Shown piece by piece: positions 15,030 to 28,449 of a DNA stretch of 64,000 nt (the first letter of the stretch is position 1; every line of letters starts with the position of its first letter). The DNA comes from the human T2T-CHM13v2.0 reference genome, Homo sapiens, in assembly GCF_009914755.1 (NCBI RefSeq), contig NC_060927.1; one strand, given 5' to 3'. The translations under genes and the position numbers were made by a program. The notes under the pieces are model-generated. The model was not told where the DNA came from. It made no database searches and saw only the letters and a program-made list of their open reading frames with translations.

Positions 15030-15225
15030 AGATAAAAAGCATATATTCAAGTCCTGATTTGGGGACTTAATGACCTAAAATCTCTTGAAATCATCTGAGC
15101 CTCAATTTTTTCATCTGTGAAGTAGGAAGCATAATAAAGCCTTCTGCATGTAACTTCTATGAAGATCAGATGAAAAATGAGTGTGAACGTTCTCTGTAAA
15201 TTGGAATGTACTGTACATGCTATTA
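15030..15225 (+). mobile_element. MIR
   Basis: Core ctgagcctcaattttttcatctgtgaagtagg. Confidence 0.7.
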
Positions 15226-15794
15226 TTTGTGGTTGTTGAATTAAATAATTGCATTGAATGAATTCTGCCTCAAGGTGTTAAGTTTGCCTACGTGGAGAAG
15301 AGAATCATTGAGATCTGTCGGCATCTCCTTTATGTCCCTGTGATAGCCATAGTGGCTCTATCTATACCTACATCTCAATTATATCTGCATCAGTGCATCT
15401 TTATATCTGTGTTAAAAGAGAGTGACGAAACTATGACAAACCGGAAAATCCATTTTCTGCCTCGAGAAGGTTGTTGTTACTCAACAGCAGCTCACTAGTT
15501 GCTGCCCAGTATTGCCTCAATCTTTAAATTTCAAGACAAGATTAAAAAATCCATGTGATTTTTTTTAATTGTTAAAATATGCTCTGGGTACCATAAATGA
15601 TTGGGTCTGGCCCATTAGCTTCTTTTTTGGGATTCATGGCCTAAAACCAATGCAGACAGAGCTATAATACTTTGTCGTCCATTCTCTCTCGGGTCATTAT
15701 TCAATCTTAGTCCTCTATGTTTTATCACTCCGGTAGGAAAGCAAGGATTGTCTAGGATGAGTCAGCAGATAGGCTGCCGTCCACTGGATCAGGT

Positions 15795-15965
15795 ACCCAA
15801 CCTTGGTTGCAAATTGGAAACACCCAAAGACCTTTAAAAATTGCTGAAGTCTGGGTCTCAATCCCATAGATTCTGATTCACATGGCCTCAGGTATGACCC
15901 GATCTTCGGGATTTTGTAAAGCTTCCCGAGAGATTCTAATGGGCAGCCAGGATTGTGGTCACTGA
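15795..15965. mobile_element. MER5A-like hAT MITE
   Basis: caaccttggttgc...agattctgatt...gattctaatgggcagccagg layout. Confidence 0.7.
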
Positions 15966-16129
15966 AGTGATGAAGGGAAATTGGGAGGGTTCACCCAGTG
16001 CCTGGAGCAGTGGTTATTAGTAGGTGATTGGGGGTAAATTCTCCAGCTGGCAGTGGGAACGTGCCAAAGTCTTATGGGGATCATGTTAGCAATAGGAATA
16101 GTCCTGAGTACTTAGAGAAATGCTCGTGG

Positions 16130-17022
16130 CTGAATGAATGGATAAAGAAAATGGATAAGAAAATTTCTTAAATAATATTTCTTTAAGTATTAATTATTTA
16201 AGTACATATATACTTAAAGAAATATTATTCAGCCATGAAAATGGAAGAAATACTTCTATATGAGAAAACGTGAATGAACCTTGAGGGCTTTATGCAAAGT
16301 GAAATAAGCCAGACACAAAAAGACAAAAACTGCATTATCTCATTTGTACTTGGAATCTAAAAGAGTCCAACTCAGAGAAGCAGAGTACAGTAGTGGTTGC
16401 CAGGGGCTGTGGGGTCCGGGGAATTAGGAGATGTTTGTCAAACGGCACAAACTTATAAAATGAATAGTTTCTGGGGATCTATTGTACAGCATGGCAACTA
16501 TAATTAATAATACTATATTGTATGCTCGAAAATTGCTAAAAAAGTGTTCTTGGCCCAGCACGGTGGCTCACGCCTGTAATCCCAGCACTTTGGGAGGCTG
16601 AGGCTGGCAGATCACAAAGTCAGGAGATCGAGACCATCCTGGCTAACACGGTGAAACCCCTTCTCTACTAAAAATATTTTTTAAAAAAACTAGCCGGGTT
16701 TGGTGGCCGGCGCCTGTAGTCCCCCCTACTGGAGTGGCTGAGGCAGGAGAATGGCTTGAACCTGGGAGGCAGAGTTTGCAGTGAGCCAAGATCGCACCAC
16801 TCCGAGATTGCATGCACTGCAGCTTGCATGACAGAGCGAGACTCCGTCTCAAAAAAAAAAAAAAAAAAGGAGTGTTCTCACCACAGACACATGTGAGGTG
16901 ATGGTTGTGCTAATTAACTTAATTGTGGCAATCATTTCACAATGTATACACATATAAAATCATCATGTTGTATCTCTTAAACATGTACAATTTTAATTCA
17001 TCAATTTTACCTCAATAAATCT
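16130..17022 (+). mobile_element. L1MA/L1MB-type 3' end interrupted by an Alu
   Basis: gaatgaatggataaagaaaatg...gtgaaataagccagacaca...tacctcaataaa. Confidence 0.8.
16552..16868 (+). mobile_element. AluY-like with a small internal duplication in the right arm
   Basis: ctggctaacacggtg diagnostic, extra ccgagattgc near 16802, TSD aaagtgttct / ggagtgttct. Confidence 0.92.
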
Positions 17023-17227
17023 AGGGGTAAAGTCCTAATAGGAAAGGACTTCTACAGTATTTTAGACCGTGCTTAAATTTAAAAAAATTTTTCAGACAAT
17101 GCTTAAAATTTGCATTAATTCTATAATAGTTTGTTTCTACAGTATTTAACAAAAGATGCTTTGCTTTACTTTGTCATTCACTTAGCTTTGTACCATATGT
17201 GATGTGAAATGAGGCTCCGTACTTTTG

Positions 17228-17790
17228 TAACTTCAGCACCATGTGCTATTCTTGCCTGTCCAGCTCTCTGCCTTCTGGAAACAGAACTCCTCTCTGCTGT
17301 AGGAAACCCATTTCTGAGATTCAGGTGAGGTTGAGGATGGCTCCCCATGCAGCCTGCCCCCATCCCACAATATACACCAAGACAAAGAAGGTGTGTGTGT
17401 GTGAGCAAAGCTAGACATACCCTCCACCTTCCTAGGCACAGTGGCTGATACAGACAATAGTCTCAAGCAGCATAGGCTTCCCTCAGATTTGATACATGGG
17501 TGTTGGTGGAGCGGGTGGGAGGAAGGGACTGTTCTCCTTGGGGATGGAGAATTGGGTTAGATTCATTTGTGGCCATCTATCTCAGCCTTAGAGAGGACAC
17601 TGAAGAAGAGTATGAGGCCAGAGTACAGAGAGAGAAACAAAGATGAGAGATCCAGAGAGCTGATAACATCGTCATTTGAGCCCTTTGTATCCAGCTGTCT
17701 GAATGTTTAAGTTACACGTGTGAGGATATTTTCCTTTTTGCTGAAGCTATGTCAAGCTAGGATTCTGCTGTTGACTGTTCTACTGAAAGT
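17228..17790. mobile_element. Old MaLR LTR (MLT1-like)
   Basis: ccttctggaaacagaactcct start, agagagagaaac and tttgagccc motifs, tttcctttttgctgaagcta end. Confidence 0.55.
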
Positions 17791-17875
17791 AATTCTTATC
17801 CTCCACTCCTAAGCTGATGTAAGCAAAGTCATCAATTTACCTGAAATCATGACATAAACACCTGCTAAAATAGGA

Positions 17876-18130
17876 CTGGAATGCAGCAGCTCGATCTAGG
17901 CTCACTGCAAGCTCCGCCTCCCGGGTTCAAGCGATTCTCCCCCTCCCGAGTAGCTGGGACTACAGGTGCCCACCACCATGCCTGGCTGATTTTTTAATTA
18001 TTATTATTTTGGTAGAAACGGGGTTTCACCATGTTGCCCAGGCTGGTCTTGAACTCCTGAGCTCAGGCAATCCACCCACCTCCGCCTCCCAAAGTGCTAG
18101 GATTACAGGTGTGAGCCACCGCACCCGGCC
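17876..18130 (-). mobile_element. AluS, 3' end and tail deleted
   Basis: Dimer body without a poly-T tract or TSD. Confidence 0.9.
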
Positions 18131-19544
18131 GAGAGCTTTATCTTTCATACCAGATTAATATTTTATCAGAAAAGAATCCTCCGCATAGAAAAATAAACTG
18201 TATACCAATTAGACCAGACAGTAAATCTGGAGAGATCCAAGCTCTGGTCAGGTCCAGCTTTACTCTTTTTACAAGACCTAGGAGAGGAGCTCACAGAGAT
18301 AAAAGAGGAAGATACACTCAGTGTGCTATTGTTACAGCTCACATTTTTTCTCTTTCACTTTTACATTTTTGTCTTTCACTTTTCTTTCCCCTAACTGACC
18401 TATAAATTCAATGTTATTCTCATAGACAATCCCAGCAGTGGTTTTGTGAAAACTGGCAAGCTGACTTTACATTTTACCTAAAAATACCAAGGGTCAGGTA
18501 TAGCCAAGGAAATTGCAAGAAGAAAAAAGAAAGCAGATATCAGATATCAAGACTTATTGTAATGTTATAGTAATTTACAGAATATGGTATTGATGCAGGA
18601 ATAGACAAATAGATCAATAAAACTCAACAGAGCATTTTTTTAACCTTTAAACCAATTTCAGACTTACAGAAAAGTTGTAAAAACAGTACAAAGAATTCCC
18701 TCATATCTGTCAACCTCCTTCTCCGAATGTTACCATCAGATTGATTTTCAAAGCAACTTTAAATTTGACATATAAAATTGTTTTCTAAGTTTTGTTTTAA
18801 TTTGTGGGTTTTTTTCTTATCATCTGTGACCCTGAAATATTTTTTGTATGTTTAGTAGTCAGTGTATTTTCTCCTTTGCAAATTTTCTATCCTGATAGTT
18901 TCCCCATCTTTGGAATCTTCGCGTTGTTCTTGTAAATTTGTCTGAGGTTTTGTATTTTAAATGTGTTAGATGTGTTTGTCGTACTTGTACAAACGAATTT
19001 AACTTATTCTTTTCTTTTTAATTTTTTGATTACATAGTTTTGTGTTTTTAAGTATTTAAAAAATCTATTTATATTTTGAGAACCATTTTGCATTTAGTGG
19101 TGGTACATCATTTTATTTTTTCAGGATATATTTTGAATTCTGGAAAAAGCCAGAAACAATTAGTAAGTCAAGTGACCAGAGTACAGATAAACAAATGTTA
19201 CTGTGGTAAGAAAACTACAGATCAAAAACCAAAACCATCAGCAGCTGGATGATAATATGATGATAACATTATGATTTTCTTGTGTGATCAAGCAATTGCT
19301 TAAAAGCCAATTTCAAAAATATTTTTTAAATGGCAGCATCAGTTGGATGATATGAGATCCCATGGAAATTAATTTGAAGGATAACAGAAAAAACTATTTT
19401 CCCATTATGACTTCTGCGATCTAATGAAGGGACACATAGTATGAAAGACTCTGAATTTCTTTCACAGTATGAAAGAAATTGAGTTTTGTTAGCTCTGTCA
19501 CTTTTAAGGTGTGTAATTATTGACAAGGTTTGTATTTCCTCTGT

Positions 19545-20580
19545 TCATTCAACATATTTGTTAAGTGCCTACTATGCACTAGGCTGTGTCTTAAGTGCTG
19601 AGTATCTGTTAATAAACTAAAGAGCCAAAAATCTTTGCCTTGTAGAATTCATATTCCAGAGAAGACAAACAAAGAATAAACAAAATAAACAATGGCATAG
19701 TAGGTTAGAAGATAGCAAACACTACCTTCTAACATTACTTCTAAAATTAAGTAGGGTAGGAGCATAGAGGGTGTGAGGGTGAAGGAAATGGACTTTTGCA
19801 ATTTAGAAAGGTGGTCAGGAAAGGCCTCACTGAGAAGGTTACAATTTAGCAAAAGCTTCAATGGAGCAAAAGCTTGATGGAGGCGAAAGAAAAAGTCGTG
19901 TTGATATTCTGGAGGTAAATATCCCAGGCAGAGGAGAGCAAGAGCCAAGTCCCTGAGGAGGGCTGTGCTTGGAGTGGTTTAGAAGTGGCCTCTGTGGCTG
20001 AAGTGGAGTGAATGAGGGCAAGAGTAGCAGCAAATGAAGCGAGAAAAATAAGGGGAGAAGAGCAGGTAGATTATGCAAAGCCCTAAAGGCCACTCTGAGA
20101 ACTTTGGCTTTTATCTTGAATGAAAATAGGAGCTACATGAGAGTTTTAAATCAGGATCTGCCTTATGCTTTTTTAAAACAATAATATGTATTTTTATTAT
20201 AGCATAATTTTTTTTCACTCGGCAACCACTCATGAACATTTTCCTGTGTCAATATACGTTTATCTATAGGTAAGATTATTTTTTCTTTTTTTAATTTATG
20301 CATAATAGATGTACATAGTTTGGGGGTACATGTAATAATTTGATATATTCATATAATTTGTAAAGATCAAGTCAGTGTGCCTTATGCTTTAATTGGATCA
20401 CTCTGGCTGCTCTATTGAGAATAGACTGTGGAGGGACAAGGGTTGAAGTGGGGAGATTAGTTAGGAAATCGCTAGAATAATCCAGATGAGACATAGTGAC
20501 AGCCTAGCACAGGCCGGTAGGGTAAGAGGTAGTAGCTTGGTACAGAAAGGGTTCAAATTCTAGATATATTTCAATTTAAT
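19545..20580 (-). mobile_element. L2 (L2a-like), interrupted at 20159-20390
   Basis: ttcattcaacatatttgttaagtgcctactatg terminus; ggtggtcaggaaaggcctcactgag and ggatcactctggctgct motifs. Confidence 0.85.
20275..20377 (-). mobile_element. Highly 5'-truncated L1MA 3' end
   Basis: T tract then gcataatagatgtacatagtttgggggtacatgt...aaagatcaagtcagtgt. Confidence 0.75.
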
Positions 20581-21184
20581 TTTCTCATATATACCGATCT
20601 GAATAATAGGTATTAAATGATAGTCATAATAGCTACATGTATATCAAAATTATCTTAATGAATTGCTATCAATTTTGACGTTACATTTCTTAAAATGCTC
20701 CTTAAAAGTGTAAGTTATTACAGAAATGTGAAGTGTATGGTTGGAAGAAATAAACATCTCTGCTGGAGTAATATTCATGTGTGGAATAGAGGCCAACCAT
20801 GCCATCTAATTGTAAGACTTTTCCATGAAAACAGATGAGGGCTCAGGGTCATTCTAAGAGCATGGGGAAAAAATCTTAAAGATTGGTATAATCTTTATAC
20901 CAATGACGGTAAAGTTTGAGGGCCAGTCGAAAAGGCCTGTTGGTATTTGATAGATTTTGTCCATCCAGAGATAATTGTTTATAGATGGTTATATTCTTAG
21001 ACCTCATTGGAATGGCCAATTAAATGTGACTCAAGAGCCAAGATATTAAAGTATCTTGGACAAGTATATAGCCTTCCTCAAGGTCAGACTGGGAAATATT
21101 CCCTAAGAAGCAACCTTAGCTTCATGTACCTGAGGCCTTAAAGATTCTAAAAGTTGGAGGTGCCAGAATGCACTGATACATGAT

Positions 21185-21385
21185 GAGGGCCGGGCACCAT
21201 GCTAGACATTTATGTGTGTTAGCTCATGTCATCCACACAGTAACCCAACCAGATACCTGAAATCTCATTTCATGGGTATGGAAACTCTGGTTTATCAAGG
21301 TAAAATAGGTACAATGACTTACCCAGAGTGATAGAGTTAGTGAGTGGTGGAGACAAGATCTGCATGCATGGAAGCCTGTGACCTT
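21185..21385 (-). mobile_element. MIR
   Basis: ggcaccatgcta...ctcatttcat...ggaaact...gacttacccagagt. Confidence 0.6.
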
Positions 21386-22103
21386 TTTCTTATATTTTAC
21401 AAAGGAAATATGTAGGACTCCATGTCCCCAAGGTACTTTAAAGGTCAATGCTAGGAGATAGAATGTGGATGGATTCTGGCCATTTCCATGGCAACCATGG
21501 GGATGGGACGCTCAAAGAGATGTGAGAAGTTATGGTTTCCACACCTGGTCACGCATTACAACCACCATGACTATCAGAGATACACATTTTCTTTCATGTT
21601 GAAAGATTTCCAGGTAACTTTTATGTAGACAGCCTATCACTGGCCTGCCATTCTGTGCTTGATGAAAAGCACTCAGAATTAGGTGTAGGGAAAAAAGTAA
21701 ATCGCCTGTGACGTAGAGTCCATAGGCAGCAATCTGAGACTCAGTGGCCAGAAGAGTCCAAAGAAATCTGGGCTTGCCATTTAAATCAAATGTAAAAATT
21801 TTTTCCTCAATTTTGTTTCTAAACAATTAATCCTTTTGAGGTGCTAAAGGCATCATTTCCTGCATTGTGAAAGTCTCATGGAATGATACAATATTAGAGG
21901 TGGAAGGAAACTCAGCAATTGTTTCTCTTCAAGAGCGGAGAAGACCAAGACTCAGACGTAAAGTGACTTGTCAAAGGTCACTAGAATCCAGATCTGACGC
22001 TCACTCCAGTGCAGTCTCCACCAAGCCATTCTGCCTCTCTAAATACTTTTCTCAACATTGTGTGCCATTCTGCTGAAAAAAACTTGGTATTCTCGGGGTT
22101 TAA

Positions 22104-22557
<454 letters not shown>

Positions 22558-23189
22558 CTACCTTGGTTTTAAATGTCAGGACTTTTCTGTATTTCATTTT
22601 CATTTCTAAAGGTTATTCTAATATAAATGGGGGAGGGGGAGCAGAGCTTGTAGGTCTCTTCATTTGCCTCTTAGTCATGCTTTCAGTGTTAAACAAACCA
22701 CATTTTCTCAGTTATTTCCCCAATAACTTTTACACCAACACGTTTTGGAAAGAAAAATGAGGGAAACATTTGCTACACCTAAGCCATTTCCTATCTACTC
22801 TTCTGCTTTAAACAAACACTTCTCTAGCTAAAATGTTCTCTGTTCATGCCTGGAGAACCCAGGCTTCACTGAAGGAGCAGCTGCTGATTGGCTGCTGCAG
22901 TGTGGGGAAGGGAGGGAAATCAGATCAGTGCCGTCCTCCTCCTGGACCAGCTGCAACTCATCTGTTTCCTTCTCTCTTTATCTTCATATTTTGGGCCAAA
23001 GAATCAGGACATCTGCTTCCTGGTGCATCTTCAGTTGTACAGAAAAACTTGAGTAACATGCTGTTAGCCTAATATTTAAAATTTTTTCTGTCATTTTTAT
23101 AAGGCAAAAATTATTACAAGCTTTAGTGTCTTTCTCTTCATCTTTCTCTCTTTTTAAAATAATGTCTCTTAAAAAAATAGTAAAAAAAA

Positions 23190-23445
23190 AAAATGTTGCT
23201 TTCCCCAGGAAACTCTCCTTGACTGTTAATACAGGTTAGATTCCAGTTATATGCCCTCATAACCCCTTGTATGTCAGCTTTTAGCATTTAACTACAATTA
23301 CAATGAATTATTCAATCATGTAACTCACTGATGTCTCTTACCCACTATGACGGCAAGGACAATATATGTCTGATTTACTGCTTTATCCCTGGCCTAGTAC
23401 AGTGCCATGCACCTGGAAAGCACTCAGTAAATATTTCTTTAATGA
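23190..23445 (+). mobile_element. L2 3' end
   Basis: cctagtacagtgccatgcac...gcactcagtaaatattt. Confidence 0.65.
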
Positions 23446-23679
23446 AAAAAGTAAAATAAAATAATATCTCTTTACTTCGAAGCATCAAAAATTGTGGTAA
23501 AAAAAAAAACAGGAAAGTAGTAGGAAGATCTAGATTCTTCTTAAACAGTGATGTCATTCTGGTTTGGCCACTACTCTTTGGTCAATGGGAGTCTCAGAAA
23601 TTAATTAAGGTTCTTGAGGTTCTTCAGACACTTGGCCCACATATCATGGAATCCCTTACTTGAAATGTTACTGTATCGC

Positions 23680-24017
<338 letters not shown>

Positions 24018-24247
24018 TTAAATACAATAAAACTGAACAAAAGTTTTTTAAAAAGTCACTGGACAGTAGGCTCTACTTAAGGCTTATCATCTGAAAGAGG
24101 AAGACATTTATTTTAAAATATTCGGTTTATTAAAATACCATGACTTGATATGTAGATTAGGACTATTCCTTTGGACTCAGCATCATGTTGTTAAATTGCA
24201 GAGAAAATAATGGAGAAGGAGCAGGACTTTGGTAGAGATGACTTTAA

Positions 24248-24633
<386 letters not shown>

Positions 24634-24707
24634 CTAAAATTATTTTGCTCCTGAATTTCTGACTTATCTCCTTCTTTGGACCACCCTCAGAAAAAACTAT
24701 CACATAG

Positions 24708-25085
<378 letters not shown>

Positions 25086-25549
25086 TCAACAAGTTTTCCT
25101 AAGCAACCTACCAGGGTGTGCTATGTGACACCAAGAGAGGACACACAGATAGGACAAAGCTATTCTTTGGAAAGGGAAGTGAGTACCCCTTTCACTTCTC
25201 TGCTATGAACCTGGGGGGTCAGTTTGGGAGGCAGAAGACCTGGAGTGAGCTTTGGAGACAGCACACAGAACAGAACTTAGAAATCTAAGAGGCAGCATCT
25301 CGGGAAAAACCGAAACCAGATCTGGGCAAACTACACAAACCAGTCATGATGCCAAATGGACTATATGCTGAGAGAGAGGATCAAGGCATGAGGCAGCAGA
25401 GTGACGGGAGCCTGGGGAAGTCAAAGGGAAACTACAGGGTTCAAAACAGACAGTGGGAGGCAGGGCCCAGGCTAAAGCTGAGCTTGGATGCTCTTAATAT
25501 GCTACCTATGATGGTGATGGTGTCTGGACGGTGTCCCCTTGGCTCTTCC

Positions 25550-26098
25550 TACCCATCCCATCTGTGCTGGTAATTAAGTCATGAACTCTCAGCTCCAAGC
25601 CCATCCTTCTATAATAGGCTCTGTGATGCTGGGGTGGAGTCCTACTGACAATTCTCCTTTGCCAGCTGTTTCCCTGGTAGGCTCAGCCCATAGCGGGTGC
25701 TAGAGAGAAACTGCTAGGCAAGAGGAGGTAGAACGACCTGATCCCTCCCGCTCCTGTCAGCCTTGCCTCAGCAACAGCCCTGTCGTAGCAGTGATCATTG
25801 ATTGCAATGCTTTTCCTACAGTCCTCTGAGGCACCCTGTGTTCCTTCCATGGAAAACTGGGTCCCAGCTCTCCTCTTTCAAGCTTCTGTGTTCTAATAAC
25901 CCCAACCTCTTCCCTTTGCTCCCCTAGCCTAGGATGGTAGCTGCTTCCTGCCATTACTAGTTCTGTGTTATTTCAGTGTCCTCTCTTTGCATTTCCAGTC
26001 TTCCAATGCCTTTTAAATCAATTCCTTATATTAAACTCTCTCTGTTAATGTAAGTGTGGTCTCCATGTGTTTCCTTGACTGGATCTTGCCTGACTGAA
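25550..26098 (+). mobile_element. ERVL-class solo LTR (LTR33/LTR41-like)
   Basis: ctcagctccaagcccatccttcta...aattccttatattaaactctctctgtt...cctgactga terminus. Confidence 0.6.
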
Positions 26099-28029
26099 GG
26101 GTCAATCCTGTTGAAGGTGGGGAACCCACCTGCTTCTTTTTCTACGTGCACCGAGCACTTACTCTGGAATTTTGTTGAGTGGACTTATTTAATCCTAATA
26201 GTCCAGTGATGTTGCTGTTATCCCCATTTAATCCTGGTAGCTGAGACTCAAAGAAGTTATGTCGTTTCCCCAGAGTCACAAAGTACATGCTATTAGAACA
26301 TGCTAATAGAACTTGATTCAGACCCAGGCTTGCCTGACTCCCAAGCCCTTCTCTTGTATTCCAACTTGCTGTCTGCTGTTCCTGCCAGTGTCCCAACTTC
26401 CTCCTTGCACTCTCCCATCATCTCCTTCTCTTTCCTCTGAGTGGGGTGTGCGGAGGTGGTTGAGTCCTGGGGCAGAGGAACAGAAGGGCCCTGAGTGCCC
26501 ATGAAAGATGGGTGGAGGGGAGGATGTTGAGGCTACAGAGTCCACTGAGTTGAAAGGATCCATGAATACAATACAATGCCTGGAGTGAGAATGGCGCCGC
26601 CAGTAGTGAAAATAGCCAGGCCAGGGAGGGAAGCATTGGGTGGGAATTCTGAAAGCGAAAGCCAAGACAGGATGAACTTGGGAAGCAATAGCTTCTGCTT
26701 TGAAACTGCTGCCTTTTCCCTAAATAGGTTCAGATACCTTGAGAAAGATTAAGCTACAAGGAAAATGAGTTCTGTTTAGCATTATCCTTATAGCTTGCAT
26801 TTGCAAATCTTAACAATACATGGAACATTGGACAGTTTAAGGCACAATGTCATCTGGCAACACAACAACTTTGTGGGATTGTTTACCTTGCTGATGTTCT
26901 GGCTCTTATAATGATGTTTCCCTTTTCACTTCTAGGAGGCTCAGAGTCCAAAGAGTAACCCACCTTTTGCAAATGAGTAAACTTTGTGTCACCACAGCTA
27001 CAATAATTTTCCTTATATTATCTGTGATAATTTTATTTCAACATTTTATCTTGCATTGCATACATCTTTGTGAATCTCCTCGAAATCTTTTGGAAAAAAA
27101 TTCCGAGGACATTTCTACCTCCATCTATATGTTCATCTAAATGTTCTTCTATAACTTTTTCTCGACCTCCATTTATACTTCATTTCTACTGTCATTTATT
27201 TCCTCCTTGCCTCCGTTTCTGCACTGATCTGCTCGGACAGCTGTGAGGGAGAAATGGATAGTCCAACTCTGTCTTTGTAGTCTTCCAGTTGTGTGTTTTT
27301 AACCCAAATTTGAATATGAAAGCCTAATTATGAAGCTTTTGACATAAAGATGGTTCACATCTGGTCTTAGAAACCTCCACTGTGTTTCTACAAGAAAGCC
27401 AGTCGTTGACAGACATACTAATGGGCCTGTGATATAGAACTCAAGCCTTAAAAAGTTCTAACCCATCAAGAAATCCCATTCATCATTTCATTTTCTGGAA
27501 AGGATATAAAAAATGAAATGTCAGAGCTATAATGTCAGGACTGTTTAAAATGTCAAGTGCTTGTTGTTGCATAGCCTGGCTGTCTGCTGTTCTGATCAAA
27601 CCTCCAACTGGCATAATAATTACAGATGATACATCGCATTTTCATGCACAACTGGATGCAAATTTATAATGAATCATATGAAAACATTCTCACTGCCCAG
27701 CCTGAAGTTTTTCCCTCTTACTACATAGCTTAAGATTTTTCTTTTGAAGCAGAGCATCATTACTAATGCAAGACAGCATTCATGAATAAGAAATAAGTGC
27801 AGAAAAAAAAGTTTCTCAGATAAGCCAGAACTCAGTCATTTATAATATACAGATGCAACAGGAGCAAAGAGGCAGCAAGCACATTTACCACATGGATGTT
27901 TAATCTAAGAATGCTAAACTGTGGAGACACTTTCCAATGGATAATCCAGATCTATTTCAAGGTGTAGATTAAGTGCACAAGGAAACACATATGAGAGCTC
28001 TAATTTGAACAGATAGGTATGGAGACAAT

Positions 28030-28261
28030 CCTTTAGTGTAATCATTATGTTTTAATCTGCAGAGACAGCACAGAAAAGCAACAATGCATCTGTTTAGGAT
28101 CTTTATGCAAGTCTCTACTGGATTAAAATAAGTGCTATATTCACAAGCCTATATGAATTATAACAAAGACCTGAAATCAACAGCATGTACATGGGGAAGA
28201 TTCTATTTCTTCTCTACTGAAATGTTGTGCTCATTGATAGCTGGGACAGGTATTCTCACAG
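28030..28261 (-). other. GUCA1C: Probable GUCA1C 3' UTR (3' end approximate)
   Basis: Unique sequence between the stop codon and about 20 nt past the first polyadenylation hexamer. Confidence 0.6.
28051..28056 (-). terminator. Candidate polyadenylation signal ATTAAA
   Basis: tttaat on + strand about 205 nt after the stop; followed on the minus strand by CA dinucleotides and U/GU-rich sequence. Confidence 0.55.
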
Positions 28262-28449
28262 CTACTTCATTTTCACCTTCCCTAGACCAGCCTTGTCAGG
28301 AGATTTGGAGGAGTCTGTCTCCATGTCTGGCTGCTTCCCATTACAGATTACTCTCAGCACATTGGAGAAGTCGAAGCTCTTGTAAACAATCTCCAGGAGA
28401 TCCTGATCTTTTGCCATGCCATTGATAAATTCTTCTAAAGTCAATTCCC
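28262..28449 (-). CDS. GUCA1C: GCAP3 terminal coding exon 4 (188 nt including TAG stop)
   Basis: Acceptor attttccAG, then GG GAA TTG... gives (G)ELTLEEFINGMAKDQDLLEIVYKSFDFSNVLRVICNGKQPDMETDSSKSPDKAGLGKVKMK*. Matches ORF track 28262..28444 and completes the EF4 loop DINNDGELTLEE. Confidence 0.97.
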
